A stretch of 64,000 bases of DNA, from the NCBI GenBank assembly GCA_026004395.1, contig BPJB01000001.1, positions 455,343-519,342 of the forward strand, given 5' to 3'. Under the pieces are notes generated by a model. The model was not told the origin of the DNA, made no database searches, and saw only the letters and a list, made by a program, of their open reading frames with translations. The DNA comes from Patescibacteria group bacterium. GTDB taxonomy: Bacteria > Patescibacteriota > Microgenomatia > Levybacterales > UBA12049. This document shows, one piece after another, positions 42,428 through 53,031 of the stretch (the stretch's first letter is position 1; every line of letters begins with the position of its first letter). The position numbers and the translations under genes were made by a program.

Positions 42428-43828
42428 ATGGGAGAGAAAAAAGTAAAGATAGTCGCTACAATTGGACCAGCAAGTAACTCGTATAAAATTCTTCTAGAGT
42501 TGGCAAAAGCAGGTGTTGATGTATATAGGATAAATCTTGCCCATCAACCACGAGAATCAATAGTCGAGTTAATTAAGACAATAAGACGTGTTGAAAAAGC
42601 AATAAAAAGACCATTGGCTATTATGGGAGATCTTGCAGGTCCAAAGATTAGAGTGGGTAGAGTAGCCCCCAATATTATCCTTGCTAATAATCAACAAATT
42701 CTAATTACCAAAAAGACAGTAATCGGAAACACTGAGGCTATTTCTATAAATTACCCAACAATTATCCCTCAACTGAAGAAGAATGCAGAAATTTACGTTG
42801 ATGATGGAAAGATTCGTATGCTTGTTGAAAAGGAAGGGGAAGATAAAGTACTTGCACGAGTTATTGTTGGTGGTACTCTTCTCTCCTATAAAGGATTCTA
42901 CGCACAAGGGCTAACCCTTGCCAATCATGGTCTGACGAAAAAAGATAAAGAAGATATTCAACTGATTGTAAATGCAGGAGTAGATGCTCTTGCAATATCT
43001 TTTGTACAAACAGAAAAAGATGTTGACGCTGTTAAAAAACTTCTTCCTCAAGATTCAGCTATTATGCTCATTGCAAAAATCGAAACGTCCAAAGCAATTG
43101 AACAGATAGAAAAAATTCTTACTATCTCTGATGGAATTATGGTAGCACGAGGAGATTTAGGTCTTGCTGTTCCTATGTCTCAAGTTCCACATTTGCAAAA
43201 ACGTCTCATAAGTCTTGCACTCCAAAGAGCAAAACCGGTAATCACAGCAACACAAATGCTTGAGTCCATGACTACTAATCCACTTCCAACAAGAGCTGAA
43301 GTGACTGATGTTGCCAATGCTATTTTGGATGGAACAGATGCCGTGATGTTATCTAGTGAAACTGCTATGGGGAAATTTCCGGTAGAAACAGTAAAAATGA
43401 TGTCTCAAATTATCCATGATGCACTGCCTTATATTCCAAGACGACAATTCGACGATGAACATACACTGGGAGGTGCGTTAAGTTCAAATATTGGAAGGAT
43501 TGCAGATCAGTTAAATGCAAGACTAGTAGTAGCATTCACACATACAGGTCGTGCAGCTCATCGAATAGCTCGACATAGATATCCGCAAACAATTATAGCT
43601 TTATGTCCAGTCCCCTCGAGGATTAGATGGATGTGTTTTTCCTGGGGGGTATCACCTTTTCTTATCAGTCCGACACAAGGATTTAGCGATATGCGATCTC
43701 AAGCAAGAGATATAGCAATTAAAAATCCAATTCTCAAACTTAAAAAAGGAGAACCATTTCTTATTGTTGCTGGTATGCCATTTGGACAAAGCGGTACAAC
43801 TAATATGATTTTTATTGATAGAATATAA
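42428..43828 (+). CDS. pyk: Pyruvate kinase
   Basis: KIVATIGPAS, DLAGPKIR, IAKIE, MVARGDLG, ATQMLESM, DGTDAVMLS; start moved to ATG 42428 behind TTGCTT-17-TATGCT. Confidence 0.97.
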   Translation: MGEKKVKIVATIGPASNSYKILLELAKAGVDVYRINLAHQPRESIVELIKTIRRVEKAIKRPLAIMGDLAGPKIRVGRVAPNIILANNQQILITKKTVIGNTEAISINYPTIIPQLKKNAEIYVDDGKIRMLVEKEGEDKVLARVIVGGTLLSYKGFYAQGLTLANHGLTKKDKEDIQLIVNAGVDALAISFVQTEKDVDAVKKLLPQDSAIMLIAKIETSKAIEQIEKILTISDGIMVARGDLGLAVPMSQVPHLQKRLISLALQRAKPVITATQMLESMTTNPLPTRAEVTDVANAILDGTDAVMLSSETAMGKFPVETVKMMSQIIHDALPYIPRRQFDDEHTLGGALSSNIGRIADQLNARLVVAFTHTGRAAHRIARHRYPQTIIALCPVPSRIRWMCFSWGVSPFLISPTQGFSDMRSQARDIAIKNPILKLKKGEPFLIVAGMPFGQSGTTNMIFIDRI

Positions 43829-43853
43829 TCTATCTTGCAATAAATTGATGCAG

Positions 43854-45857
43854 TTATTTTCTTTGCAGCATTTTGATTTGATCACGAAGAATCATTGCGG
43901 TTTCAAAATCCAATCTATCTGCAGATTCTCTCATTTCTTTTCGCAGTTTTTTTATGAGATCTTCTTTTTCATCGGGTAAAAGTACATCCTTTTTCCCCAT
44001 TTGAATTAGAAAATCAATTGACAATTTTTTCTTTTCATCTTCATTATCTTCACTTTCAATAAGCTTTGCTTTAATTGCTTTTTCAACACTTCTGGGAGTT
44101 ATTTTGTGTTTTTTATTATATTCAAGTTGGACAGCTCGTCTTCTCTCAACCTCTGATATTGCTTCTTCCATTGAGTAAGTCATATTATCAGCATAAAGGA
44201 TGACCTCTGAATCAACATTGCGAGCGGCACGACCCATTGTCTGTATCAAAGAAGTTTTACTGCGAAGAAATCCTTCTTTATCAGCATCAAGTATAGCCAC
44301 TAGGGTAACTTCTGGAAGATCAATCCCCTCTCTTAGTAAATTAATCCCGACCAAGACATCTACATCTCCAAGTCGTAGTTGATCTAAAATGTCTTGCCTA
44401 TCCAAAGTTTCGATATCTGAATGTAGATAAGTAACTTTTATTCCTTGTTCCTCAAGATACGAGGATAATTCCTCAGCCATACGTTTTGTAAGAGTAGTAA
44501 CTAGTACTCTTTGATTTTTATTAATTCTTTTTTTTATCTCATTCATGAGATCTTTTATTTGTCCTTGTGTTGGTCGTACACTCACTTTGGGATCAACAAT
44601 ACCTGTTGGACGAATTAATTGTTCAACCACTCCGTCTTCTTCCTTTGCAAGAGAGAGTTCATATTCATCAGGAGTCGCCGAAACATAAATTGCCTGTTTG
44701 ACTCTTCTTAGAAACTCTTCAAACTTCAGTGGACGATTATCTAGTGCAGAAGGCAAACGAAATCCATACTCTATAAGGACTTCCTTGCGTGCTTTATCTC
44801 CATTGTACATTCCTCTAATTTGGGGAAGTGTAATATGTGACTCATCAATAACAAGTAGCCAATCTTTTCCTTTATGATCGAAGTAATCAATTAGTGTATA
44901 TGGTGGATCGCCTGGATTTCGTCCATCAAAGTAAACAGAATAATTTTCAATTCCATTAACATAACCTACTTCCCGAATCATTTCTAGATCAAAATTGGTT
45001 CTTTGTATTAGACGTTGTGCCTCAAGTATTTTTCCTTTTGATCGAAGCCATGCTGCATGTTTATGAAGATCTGAGCGAATTTTTGCAAAAGCTATATCAT
45101 ATGTTTGAGGATCTGTCATATAATGTTTGGCAGGATAAATTACAGTTTTTTTCATAATTTCAATAGTCTCTCCTGTAAGCGGATCAAATTTTCTGATATC
45201 GCTTACTTTGTCCATCCAGAGTTCTATTCGTAGACCGCTGTCAAGATATGCTGGAAATACTTCGATTGTTCCTCCTCTGACACGAAAAGATCCGCGCTTA
45301 AACTCGTAATCATTGCGATCATACTGAAGGTCAGCCAGACGAAGAAGAATATCTCTTTGAGTCGTTTTCATGCCTACTGCAACTTCAAGAATAAATTTTC
45401 CGTACTCAATAGGTGAGCCAATATTGTAAATACACGAAACAGAAGCAACAACGATAACGTCGTCTCTTGTAAGAAGATTTGTAGTTGCTGAAAGTCTGAG
45501 TTTATCTATCTCTTCATTAATCTCTGCTTCCTTTTCGATATATGTATCTGTTTGAGGAACATAGGCCTCTGGTTGATAATAATCGTAGTAAGAAACGAAA
45601 TAAGATACAGCGTTGTTGGGGAAGAAATCTCGAAATTCTTGATATAATTGCGCAGCAAGTGTTTTATTGTGAGAAATAACAAGGGTAGGTTTTTGAACTT
45701 TATTGATGACATTCGCTATAGTAAATGTTTTCCCACTACCTGTGACGCCCAATAACACTTGGTTGCGTTTTCCATTGATGATGCCACTGGAAAGTTTTTC
45801 AATAGCTTGTGGTTGATCACCGGTTGGTTTAAAATCAGAAACAAGTCTGAAATTCAT
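43854..45857 (-). CDS. uvrB: Excinuclease ABC subunit B
   Basis: [43 protein letters not shown] domain. Confidence 0.99.
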   Translation of the reverse strand: MNFRLVSDFKPTGDQPQAIEKLSSGIINGKRNQVLLGVTGSGKTFTIANVINKVQKPTLVISHNKTLAAQLYQEFRDFFPNNAVSYFVSYYDYYQPEAYVPQTDTYIEKEAEINEEIDKLRLSATTNLLTRDDVIVVASVSCIYNIGSPIEYGKFILEVAVGMKTTQRDILLRLADLQYDRNDYEFKRGSFRVRGGTIEVFPAYLDSGLRIELWMDKVSDIRKFDPLTGETIEIMKKTVIYPAKHYMTDPQTYDIAFAKIRSDLHKHAAWLRSKGKILEAQRLIQRTNFDLEMIREVGYVNGIENYSVYFDGRNPGDPPYTLIDYFDHKGKDWLLVIDESHITLPQIRGMYNGDKARKEVLIEYGFRLPSALDNRPLKFEEFLRRVKQAIYVSATPDEYELSLAKEEDGVVEQLIRPTGIVDPKVSVRPTQGQIKDLMNEIKKRINKNQRVLVTTLTKRMAEELSSYLEEQGIKVTYLHSDIETLDRQDILDQLRLGDVDVLVGINLLREGIDLPEVTLVAILDADKEGFLRSKTSLIQTMGRAARNVDSEVILYADNMTYSMEEAISEVERRRAVQLEYNKKHKITPRSVEKAIKAKLIESEDNEDEKKKLSIDFLIQMGKKDVLLPDEKEDLIKKLRKEMRESADRLDFETAMILRDQIKMLQRK

Positions 45858-46004
45858 GGCTGTATTGTATCATAAAGTGCTTATTCAACTGAGATCATCA
45901 ATTAAAATTTTTGGATAATTAAATAAAAACATGAATTTATATCTAGCGTTATTTTTTAATATTTGCATTTTATAATTTGTAATCTTTTGTTATATTTCGT
46001 CTTA

Positions 46005-46034
46005 TTGACAAAAATACACGAATAATCGTATATT
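46005..46034 (+). promoter_or_regulatory. Putative lexA promoter
   Basis: TTGACA-18nt-TATATT, with palindromes in the spacer and leader. Confidence 0.55.
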
Positions 46035-46085
46035 TTTTACAGACATAAACAAACTATTAGCAAATAAGTTTGTGTTCTAACTCTT

Positions 46086-46715
46086 ATGCCCGGAGTATTA
46101 TACAGAAAAGAAAGAGAACTACTTGAATATTTAGCACAATTTCAAAAAATACATGGATATTCACCTACACTTAGAGAAATGGCAGATGCAACAGGTCATC
46201 GAAGCGTTTCTACGATCCATACGATTATTCGCAATTTAGTGGATAAAGGATATATTCAAAAAGTAGATGGCAATGCCCGGATATTAAAGATTCTTGATGA
46301 GAGTATAATTCCTACAATGTCTGGTGTTCAACCATCTATTGAGCTTCCTTTAATGGGTTACATTGCAGCTGGGAAGCCACTTGAACCTCATACAGATCCT
46401 AATGCAACTTTTCAAGTTTCAGCTTCAATGATGTCAGGGCTAAAGACGTCATATGTACTTCAAGTAAAAGGAGATTCCATGATAGAGGATGGCATACTGG
46501 ATGGAGATTATGTTGTGATTGAGAAAGTAAATGATGCCCAAAATGGAGAGATTGTAGTTGCGTTAGTAGATGATAATTTAGCGACACTCAAGAGGTTTTA
46601 TAGAGAAAATGGAAAAATCGTTTTGAAACCTGCTAACTCCAAAATGGATCCAATTTATCCAAACAGCATACGCATACAAGGTAGAGTAGTTGGTCTTGTG
46701 AGACGTTATATATAA
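46086..46715 (+). CDS. lexA: SOS repressor LexA
   Basis: GYSPTLREM winged HTH, IAAG cleavage site, GDSM (Ser), ATLKRF (Lys). Confidence 0.96.
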   Translation: MPGVLYRKERELLEYLAQFQKIHGYSPTLREMADATGHRSVSTIHTIIRNLVDKGYIQKVDGNARILKILDESIIPTMSGVQPSIELPLMGYIAAGKPLEPHTDPNATFQVSASMMSGLKTSYVLQVKGDSMIEDGILDGDYVVIEKVNDAQNGEIVVALVDDNLATLKRFYRENGKIVLKPANSKMDPIYPNSIRIQGRVVGLVRRYI

Positions 46716-46754
46716 ATATTTTTTATTTTTTCCTCCCCATGATACAATACCGTC

Positions 46755-47480
46755 ATGGGAACACTATATATCGTCTCTACTCCAATTGGCAATTTAGAAG
46801 ATATCACAATTCGTGCAATTAAAACTCTTTTCTCAGTTGATGGTATTGCTTGTGAGGATACACGCAAAACCGGGATTCTCATGCAAGAACTTCAAAAACG
46901 TTATCCCTCTATTATCAATTCTATTGAGAATAGGCAATATCAAAGGCTTATTTCCTATTATGAAGAAAACGAAGATAAGAGAATTCCTGAGATTATTACA
47001 GCTCTTAAAAATAATTTAGAGATTGCTTTGGTGTCAGATGCTGGAACACCACTCATATCAGATCCAGGATTTCGACTCGTTCGAGAGTGTATCAAAGAGG
47101 GGATTAAAATTATCTCTATTCCTGGTGCATCCTCTATTTTGGCTGCGCTCACTAGCTCAGGTCTCCCAACTGATAAATTTATTTTTGTGGGATATCCACC
47201 CCGAAAAGAAGGCAATCGTATCAAATTTTTTAATAATATCAAAAAATCACAAGAGTCATTAGTATCAACTATCATTATTTTTGAATCGCCACATAGACTT
47301 CTTAAGACCTTACAAGAGTTGCATTCAATATTTGCAGATATTCCGATTGTCATCGCACGAGAACTAACCAAAATTCACGAAGAAGTGAGATTTGAGAGGA
47401 TAAGTGAAGCGATTGTTCATTTTAGTACACATTCTCCTAAAGGAGAGTTTGTCTTACTTATGAATACAGCTTTAGCATAA
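46755..47480 (+). CDS. rsmI: 16S rRNA C1402 2'-O-methyltransferase
   Basis: LYIVSTPIGNLEDIT, ACEDTR, VSDAGTPLISDPG, FESPHR, ARELTKIHEE. Confidence 0.96.
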   Translation: MGTLYIVSTPIGNLEDITIRAIKTLFSVDGIACEDTRKTGILMQELQKRYPSIINSIENRQYQRLISYYEENEDKRIPEIITALKNNLEIALVSDAGTPLISDPGFRLVRECIKEGIKIISIPGASSILAALTSSGLPTDKFIFVGYPPRKEGNRIKFFNNIKKSQESLVSTIIIFESPHRLLKTLQELHSIFADIPIVIARELTKIHEEVRFERISEAIVHFSTHSPKGEFVLLMNTALA

Positions 47481-47484
47481 ATAT

Positions 47485-47742
47485 ATGAATGAAGATATTA
47501 AACGCGAGATAGAAATTATAAAAAAATACCAAAAAAATAGAGAGTTAGAGAAGTTATGGGAGATCAGTTTGACAAGAAAGATCAGCTATTTTATTCTAAC
47601 TTATAGTAGTGTGTCACTCTTTTTTATTATCATTGGAATTGATAGACCACTCGTGAGAGCTATTATTCCGTCTGTTGTATATTATTTATTCCTAGTATCA
47701 ATAGACCTTGTTAAGAAGTGGTGGATAGAAAGTCATAAATAA
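47485..47742 (+). CDS. Small two-TM hypothetical membrane protein
   Basis: 85 aa; WEISLTRK followed by two hydrophobic segments; fills the gap between rsmI and acs exactly. Confidence 0.7.
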   Translation: MNEDIKREIEIIKKYQKNRELEKLWEISLTRKISYFILTYSSVSLFFIIIGIDRPLVRAIIPSVVYYLFLVSIDLVKKWWIESHK

Positions 47743-49386
47743 TTAATATTCTTCAAGTGTTGAGGTGTCACCGATTGGCTGTCTTAGTTCTTTTGCTCTT
47801 AAGATTCGTCTCATAATTTTACCACTTTTTGTTTTAGGCAATTTATCTATAAATTCTATTTCTCGTGGATATGCGTGGCCTGCTAAATGTTGTTTTACAT
47901 GTTCTTGAAGTTTAAGTTTTAATTCATCAGTTGGTTTAACTCCAGGTTTTAGAACAATAAATGCCTTGATAATTTCTCCTCTTATTGGATCTGGTTTGCC
48001 TATCACTCCTGCTTCAACAACACCTTCATATCCGACAAGTACACTCTCAACTTCAAAAGGGCCAACTCTTTCTCCTGATGTCTTGATAACATCATCTGCT
48101 CGACCGATAAACCAAAAATATCCATCTTTATCTTTCCAAGCTCTATCACCTGATATATACCAACCGTTTTTAAAGTATGAATCATATTTTTCTTGGTTTT
48201 GCCATACTGTTCGCATCATTGATGGCCAAGGAGGACGAATAGCTAAATTACCTTCTTCTCCTACTGGGACTATGTTTCCATCATCATCTACGATTTCAGC
48301 CACTATCCAGGGTAAAGGTTTACCCATAGAACCTACTTTAAGAGGAATATTAGGAGTATTGGCAATCATAATTGAACCCGTTTCTGTTTGCCACCAAGTG
48401 TCATGAAAATATTTTCCACCAAATGCAGATCTACTCCAGATGATTGCTTCTGGGTTGAGAGGCTCTCCAACTGAAGCTAGGTGACGAAGAGATGATAAAG
48501 AATATTTTTTAAGAAGTTCGTTACCTTCTGCCATTAGCATGCGAATTGCGGTTGGAGCAGTGTACCAAACAGTAATTTTATATTTGTCAATAAAAGAATA
48601 CCATTTCTGAGGATCAAATCTACCATTATAAACAAATGTTGTAACACCTAGTGAGAGATTGGCTAGTATTCCATACACTATTCCAGTTATCCATCCAGGG
48701 TCTGCTGTGCACCAGTAGATATCATCTTCTTTTAAGTCTAGTACAAGTTTTGCACTTTCTACTTGTTGAATTAGACCATAGTGGGCATGGACAATGCCTT
48801 TTGGTTTGCCTGTTGTTCCTGAGGTATAGAGCATAAAAGCATAATCTTCAGCTCTTGTGTGGTAAACTGAATAGACATCAGATTGAGATTTAATTTCTTT
48901 CTGATATTCTTCACTATCTATAATAAAAATATGTTCTAAATCAGGGAGTTCTGAACGAATAGGCTCTATTCTCTTTGCCAGTTCGTAGGTAGTAAAGATT
49001 GCTTTAGCTTTGGAATTTGTAAGGCGGTCTCTTAAAGCTTCGGTACCGAAAGTGGCAAACATAGTCCCAGCAATTGCACCTGTTTTGATAATTCCTAAAA
49101 AATTAATATAGAGCTCAGGAATACGTGGAAGAAAGAGAAAGATTCGATCGCCTTTATTGATTACATAGGAGCTTAGCAAATTAGCGACTTGATTAGTTTT
49201 TCTTACTAAATCACCATAGCTTAATTTAGTGACCACACCATTATCATTTTCAAATATAAATGCAGTTTTATCTTCATTTCCAAGATCAAGATGTTTGTCC
49301 AAAACAGAGTAAGCTATATTGAGATTTCCATCAGGAAACCATTCAAGATTTGCTGCTTTTTCTTCCCAATTGTATGTTTTATTCAT
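47743..49386 (-). CDS. acsA: AMP-forming acetate--CoA ligase
   Basis: YTSGTTGKPKG, WCTADPGWITG, SVGEPLN, DTWWQTETG, LPKTKSGKIMRR. Confidence 0.92.
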   Translation of the reverse strand: MNKTYNWEEKAANLEWFPDGNLNIAYSVLDKHLDLGNEDKTAFIFENDNGVVTKLSYGDLVRKTNQVANLLSSYVINKGDRIFLFLPRIPELYINFLGIIKTGAIAGTMFATFGTEALRDRLTNSKAKAIFTTYELAKRIEPIRSELPDLEHIFIIDSEEYQKEIKSQSDVYSVYHTRAEDYAFMLYTSGTTGKPKGIVHAHYGLIQQVESAKLVLDLKEDDIYWCTADPGWITGIVYGILANLSLGVTTFVYNGRFDPQKWYSFIDKYKITVWYTAPTAIRMLMAEGNELLKKYSLSSLRHLASVGEPLNPEAIIWSRSAFGGKYFHDTWWQTETGSIMIANTPNIPLKVGSMGKPLPWIVAEIVDDDGNIVPVGEEGNLAIRPPWPSMMRTVWQNQEKYDSYFKNGWYISGDRAWKDKDGYFWFIGRADDVIKTSGERVGPFEVESVLVGYEGVVEAGVIGKPDPIRGEIIKAFIVLKPGVKPTDELKLKLQEHVKQHLAGHAYPREIEFIDKLPKTKSGKIMRRILRAKELRQPIGDTSTLEEY

Positions 49387-49398
49387 AATTTAAATAAT

Positions 49399-50667
49399 TT
49401 ATTGACGTTCAATCATCTGAAGTTGTTGATCAATCTGAAGAAGACGGTTATATTTGGCAACACGCTCTCCACGTGCAGGAGCACCAAATTTCACATAATC
49501 TGCAGATGTGGCCACTGCAAAATCTGCTATAAAATCATCATTGGTTTCACCGCTTCTGTGAGAAACAACTATTTTAAGACCTGAGTGACGAGCTATTTCC
49601 ACTACTGCAAGTGCTTCTATAACCGTTCCAATTTGATTAGGTTTGATGACAATACTATTAATAGACTTCTTGTAGAGAGCCATTTGGAGACGAAAAGGAT
49701 TTGTTGCTGTCAAATCGTCTCCAACAATCAATGCATATTGACTTATCTTGGGAAATACTGTTTCCCAACCATCCCAGTCATCTTCACTAAGCGGATCCTC
49801 AAGATAGAGAATATGGTATTTTTTTACCAATTCTTCATACCATGAGATAAGTTCAGCTGAATTGAGAGACATTGATTTATCTTTAATTTTATAATGCTGG
49901 TCGGTGTAAAAAGAATTGGCTGCGGCATCTATGCCTAAAAAAATATCATAACCTAGCCTTAAATTTGATTCTTCTACAGCTTGCACCATAAGAGAAAGTG
50001 CATCTTCATTTGTATCAAGGCTAGGACTAAAGCCTCCCTCATCTCCAACAAGCGTTGATAAATTATTACGTCTTAAGACGTCTTTTGTAGTCTGATAGAC
50101 TGTGACTCCTAGTTGAAGAGAGTCTGAAAAAGTCTTAAATGTTGCTGGGATAATATGAAATTCTTGAATATCCAATGTATTTTCAGTATGAAGCCCACCA
50201 TTAATGATGTTAAAAATAGGAGAGGGGATTTTAAGTTCTTGATTTTCTCTTTTTATAAAATTTCTAAGGTAAAGAAATAAAGGAAGAACAGAGCTTTTTG
50301 CGGCAGCTTTAGCTACTGCCATAGAAACTGGTAAAGTCGCATTAGCGCCGAGCTTTGATTTTGTTTGTGTACCATCAAGTTCAATCATCGTTCTATCTAT
50401 TCTTTGTTGATCAGAGGCTTCAATACCTATAAGAGCAGGAGCAATTTTTTCATGAATAATTTGTACAGCTTTAAGAACACCTAAACCTTTGAAACGACGC
50501 AAATCATTATCGCGAAGCTCAAAAGCTTCATAAGTACTTCTTGAAATTCCAGAAGGTGAGGACGCAACAGCTGTTGAACCATCAGAAAGGATTACTCTTG
50601 CCTCAACAGTAGGATTTCCTCTTGCATCTATGATCTCACGAGCAATGATTTGTTTGATTTTAGCCAT
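49399..50667 (-). CDS. eno: Enolase
   Basis: RGNPTVE, DIQEF, VGDEGGF, VGDDL, IKPNQIG, SHRSGET; start moved to ATG 50667. Confidence 0.97.
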   Translation of the reverse strand: MAKIKQIIAREIIDARGNPTVEARVILSDGSTAVASSPSGISRSTYEAFELRDNDLRRFKGLGVLKAVQIIHEKIAPALIGIEASDQQRIDRTMIELDGTQTKSKLGANATLPVSMAVAKAAAKSSVLPLFLYLRNFIKRENQELKIPSPIFNIINGGLHTENTLDIQEFHIIPATFKTFSDSLQLGVTVYQTTKDVLRRNNLSTLVGDEGGFSPSLDTNEDALSLMVQAVEESNLRLGYDIFLGIDAAANSFYTDQHYKIKDKSMSLNSAELISWYEELVKKYHILYLEDPLSEDDWDGWETVFPKISQYALIVGDDLTATNPFRLQMALYKKSINSIVIKPNQIGTVIEALAVVEIARHSGLKIVVSHRSGETNDDFIADFAVATSADYVKFGAPARGERVAKYNRLLQIDQQLQMIERQ

Positions 50668-50713
50668 ACTTAATATAAGTAAACAAAAAAGCAATCTCTA
50701 TATTTAAATACGA

Positions 50714-52987
50714 TTATTTCTCAAATAATTTCTTTTCTGCTTCAGCAACTGTCTTGCGTACAGAGTCAATTGCATCTTCGGATACAGAGATACTGGTAAT
50801 ACCCCATTGCACTAGCTTTTCAACTAATAATGGATAAAGAGATGGCGCTTGACCACAAATTGAAGAAGTAATTTTATATCTATTGCATGTTTTGATCACT
50901 TTCTCCAATGCCCAAAGAATTGCCTCATTTTGTTCATCATAAATACTTGCAACTTCGCTGTTATCTCGGTCTGTACCAAGTATAAGCATAGTAAGATCGT
51001 TTGAGCCAATGGAAACCCCATCAATTCCAGCTGCAATAAATTTATCAAGCAAAATAACATTTGCAGGAATCTCAACCATCATCCATAATTTAAAAGTTGG
51101 GGAACGATGAAGACCATTTTTGGAAAGGATTTTTTTAACTTGTAAAAGTTCATTAACTGTTCTAACAAAAGGAATCATGAGTGAAAGATTTTTTAATCCT
51201 TTTTTTTCACGAACATATTTTATAGCTTCAAGTTCTAGCTCAAATACTTTTGGATCACTGATATACCTGAATGCACCTCTGTACCCAAGCATCGGATTTG
51301 GTTCAATTGGTTCATAATCTTTACCACCTACAAGTCCTCTATATTCATTTGTCTTAAAGTCGGATGCTCGATAAATAACTGGTCTGGGATTAAAAGCTAT
51401 GCAGAATTTTTCTAATGCATTTGCCATTGTATTTACAAATAAATCTTTTTTATGATCATGAATAAGTTTTTTAGGATGTATTCCTATATTAGCCATAATA
51501 AACTCTGCTCTCAAAAGTCCTATACCATCAACATTTTTAACTGCAACCTTTTCAGCAAAATCTGGTTGAGATAAATTGACATATATTTTCGTAACTGTTG
51601 TTATTTTGTTGCTTGGAACTACAGTTGAAGATTGATTTTGTATAAAAGATTTGACAATACCTCCTCTGTAAACTTCACCTTTTTCTCCATTTACAGTAAC
51701 CACCATCCCGGTTTTGAGTATTGATGTAGCTTTTTCTGTTCCAACTACTGCCGGAATTCCCAGTTCACGTGAGACAATTGCTGCGTGAGAAGTACGACCT
51801 CCTTTATCAGTAATAATTGCTACTGCTTTTTTCATTGCAGGTACATAGTCTGGATTAGTTTGAGAAGCCACAAGGATTTCTCCCATCTGAATTTTGGGGA
51901 TGTCATGAATAGAGTTAATGATACGAACTGGTCCTGAAGCAATTCCAAATGATGCAGGTGCTCCTTGTAAAATAAGAGGAAGGGTAATACTTTTTTCTGA
52001 ATTGAGATTTTTCTTTTTTGAGGTATCAATTGTTGTAATCGGTCGTGTTTGGACAATATATATTTTATCCTTCTCGATTGCCCATTCAATATCTTGAGGG
52101 AAGTAATAATGTCTCTCTAATTTCTTACCAAGTAATGCAAGATCGAGAATTTGGTTGTCAGTTATCTTTTGTTTATAACTATCTTTTTTATTTATTTTAA
52201 CTTCTTTGTTAGTTTCTTTTGTTCTTACAAGCATTGTTCCCTGATGTGCAATACGTTTTGTGATTATTTTCATTTCATTCTTATCAACCTCATAGTGATC
52301 AGGAGTCACTGCTCCTTGTACTATGAGTTCTCCAAGACCGTAAATTGCTTCAATAACAATTTTTGATTTTTCATTGGTGACTGGATCAATGGTAAACATC
52401 ACTCCTGATTTTTCAGACTCTATCATCTTTTGGACAACAATAGCGATACCAACTCTAAAATGATCAAATTTTTGTTCATGTCTATAGAAAATTGCGCGAG
52501 GTTCAAATAGAGATGCCCAAGCTTCTTTTACTTTTAGAATAAGAGAGGTCTCTCCTATAACATTCAAATATGTTTCTTGTTGTCCAGCAAATGATGCTCC
52601 AGGTAAATCTTCAGCTGTCGCGCTAGAGCGCACAGCAACTAGCGCATCTTTAAGAGGTCCGCTGAGTATTCTATAATTTCTTATTATCTCTTTTACTAGA
52701 TCCTCAGATATTTCTGAAGATTTAATCAACTTTTGAATATGAGAAGCAACCTGTAAAAGGGATTCTGATTTATCGAAGTTAACCGTTCTTAGAAGATGAT
52801 TAATTTTGGTTGTGAGATTATTCTCGCGTAAAAAATTGAAATAAGCAGTAGAAGTTATAATAAATCCGTCTGGGACTGGAAATCCTGCTTGTGTTATTTC
52901 GCCTAGGTTGGCTCCTTTCCCTCCAACTAAGGCTATATCTTCTTTATTTACCTGTCTAAACCACAAAATTGAGTTAGAAGTGGGCAT
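50714..52987 (-). CDS. ppsA: Phosphoenolpyruvate synthase (pyruvate,water dikinase)
   Basis: VGGKGANLGE, VRSSATAEDL..ASFAGQQ, TSHAAIVSRE phospho-His, EPNPMLGYRG, SIGSNDLT. Confidence 0.96.
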   Translation of the reverse strand: MPTSNSILWFRQVNKEDIALVGGKGANLGEITQAGFPVPDGFIITSTAYFNFLRENNLTTKINHLLRTVNFDKSESLLQVASHIQKLIKSSEISEDLVKEIIRNYRILSGPLKDALVAVRSSATAEDLPGASFAGQQETYLNVIGETSLILKVKEAWASLFEPRAIFYRHEQKFDHFRVGIAIVVQKMIESEKSGVMFTIDPVTNEKSKIVIEAIYGLGELIVQGAVTPDHYEVDKNEMKIITKRIAHQGTMLVRTKETNKEVKINKKDSYKQKITDNQILDLALLGKKLERHYYFPQDIEWAIEKDKIYIVQTRPITTIDTSKKKNLNSEKSITLPLILQGAPASFGIASGPVRIINSIHDIPKIQMGEILVASQTNPDYVPAMKKAVAIITDKGGRTSHAAIVSRELGIPAVVGTEKATSILKTGMVVTVNGEKGEVYRGGIVKSFIQNQSSTVVPSNKITTVTKIYVNLSQPDFAEKVAVKNVDGIGLLRAEFIMANIGIHPKKLIHDHKKDLFVNTMANALEKFCIAFNPRPVIYRASDFKTNEYRGLVGGKDYEPIEPNPMLGYRGAFRYISDPKVFELELEAIKYVREKKGLKNLSLMIPFVRTVNELLQVKKILSKNGLHRSPTFKLWMMVEIPANVILLDKFIAAGIDGVSIGSNDLTMLILGTDRDNSEVASIYDEQNEAILWALEKVIKTCNRYKITSSICGQAPSLYPLLVEKLVQWGITSISVSEDAIDSVRKTVAEAEKKLFEK

Positions 52988-53031
52988 TATTTTAATTATG
53001 AGAATTTAAGGTGAAAATATCAAGTGCAGAG

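Noticed and set aside
51761-51776. parS-like CAGTTCACGTGAGACA in ppsA
   Set aside because: Four mismatches to TGTTTCACGTGAAACA and explained by the conserved VSRE codons.
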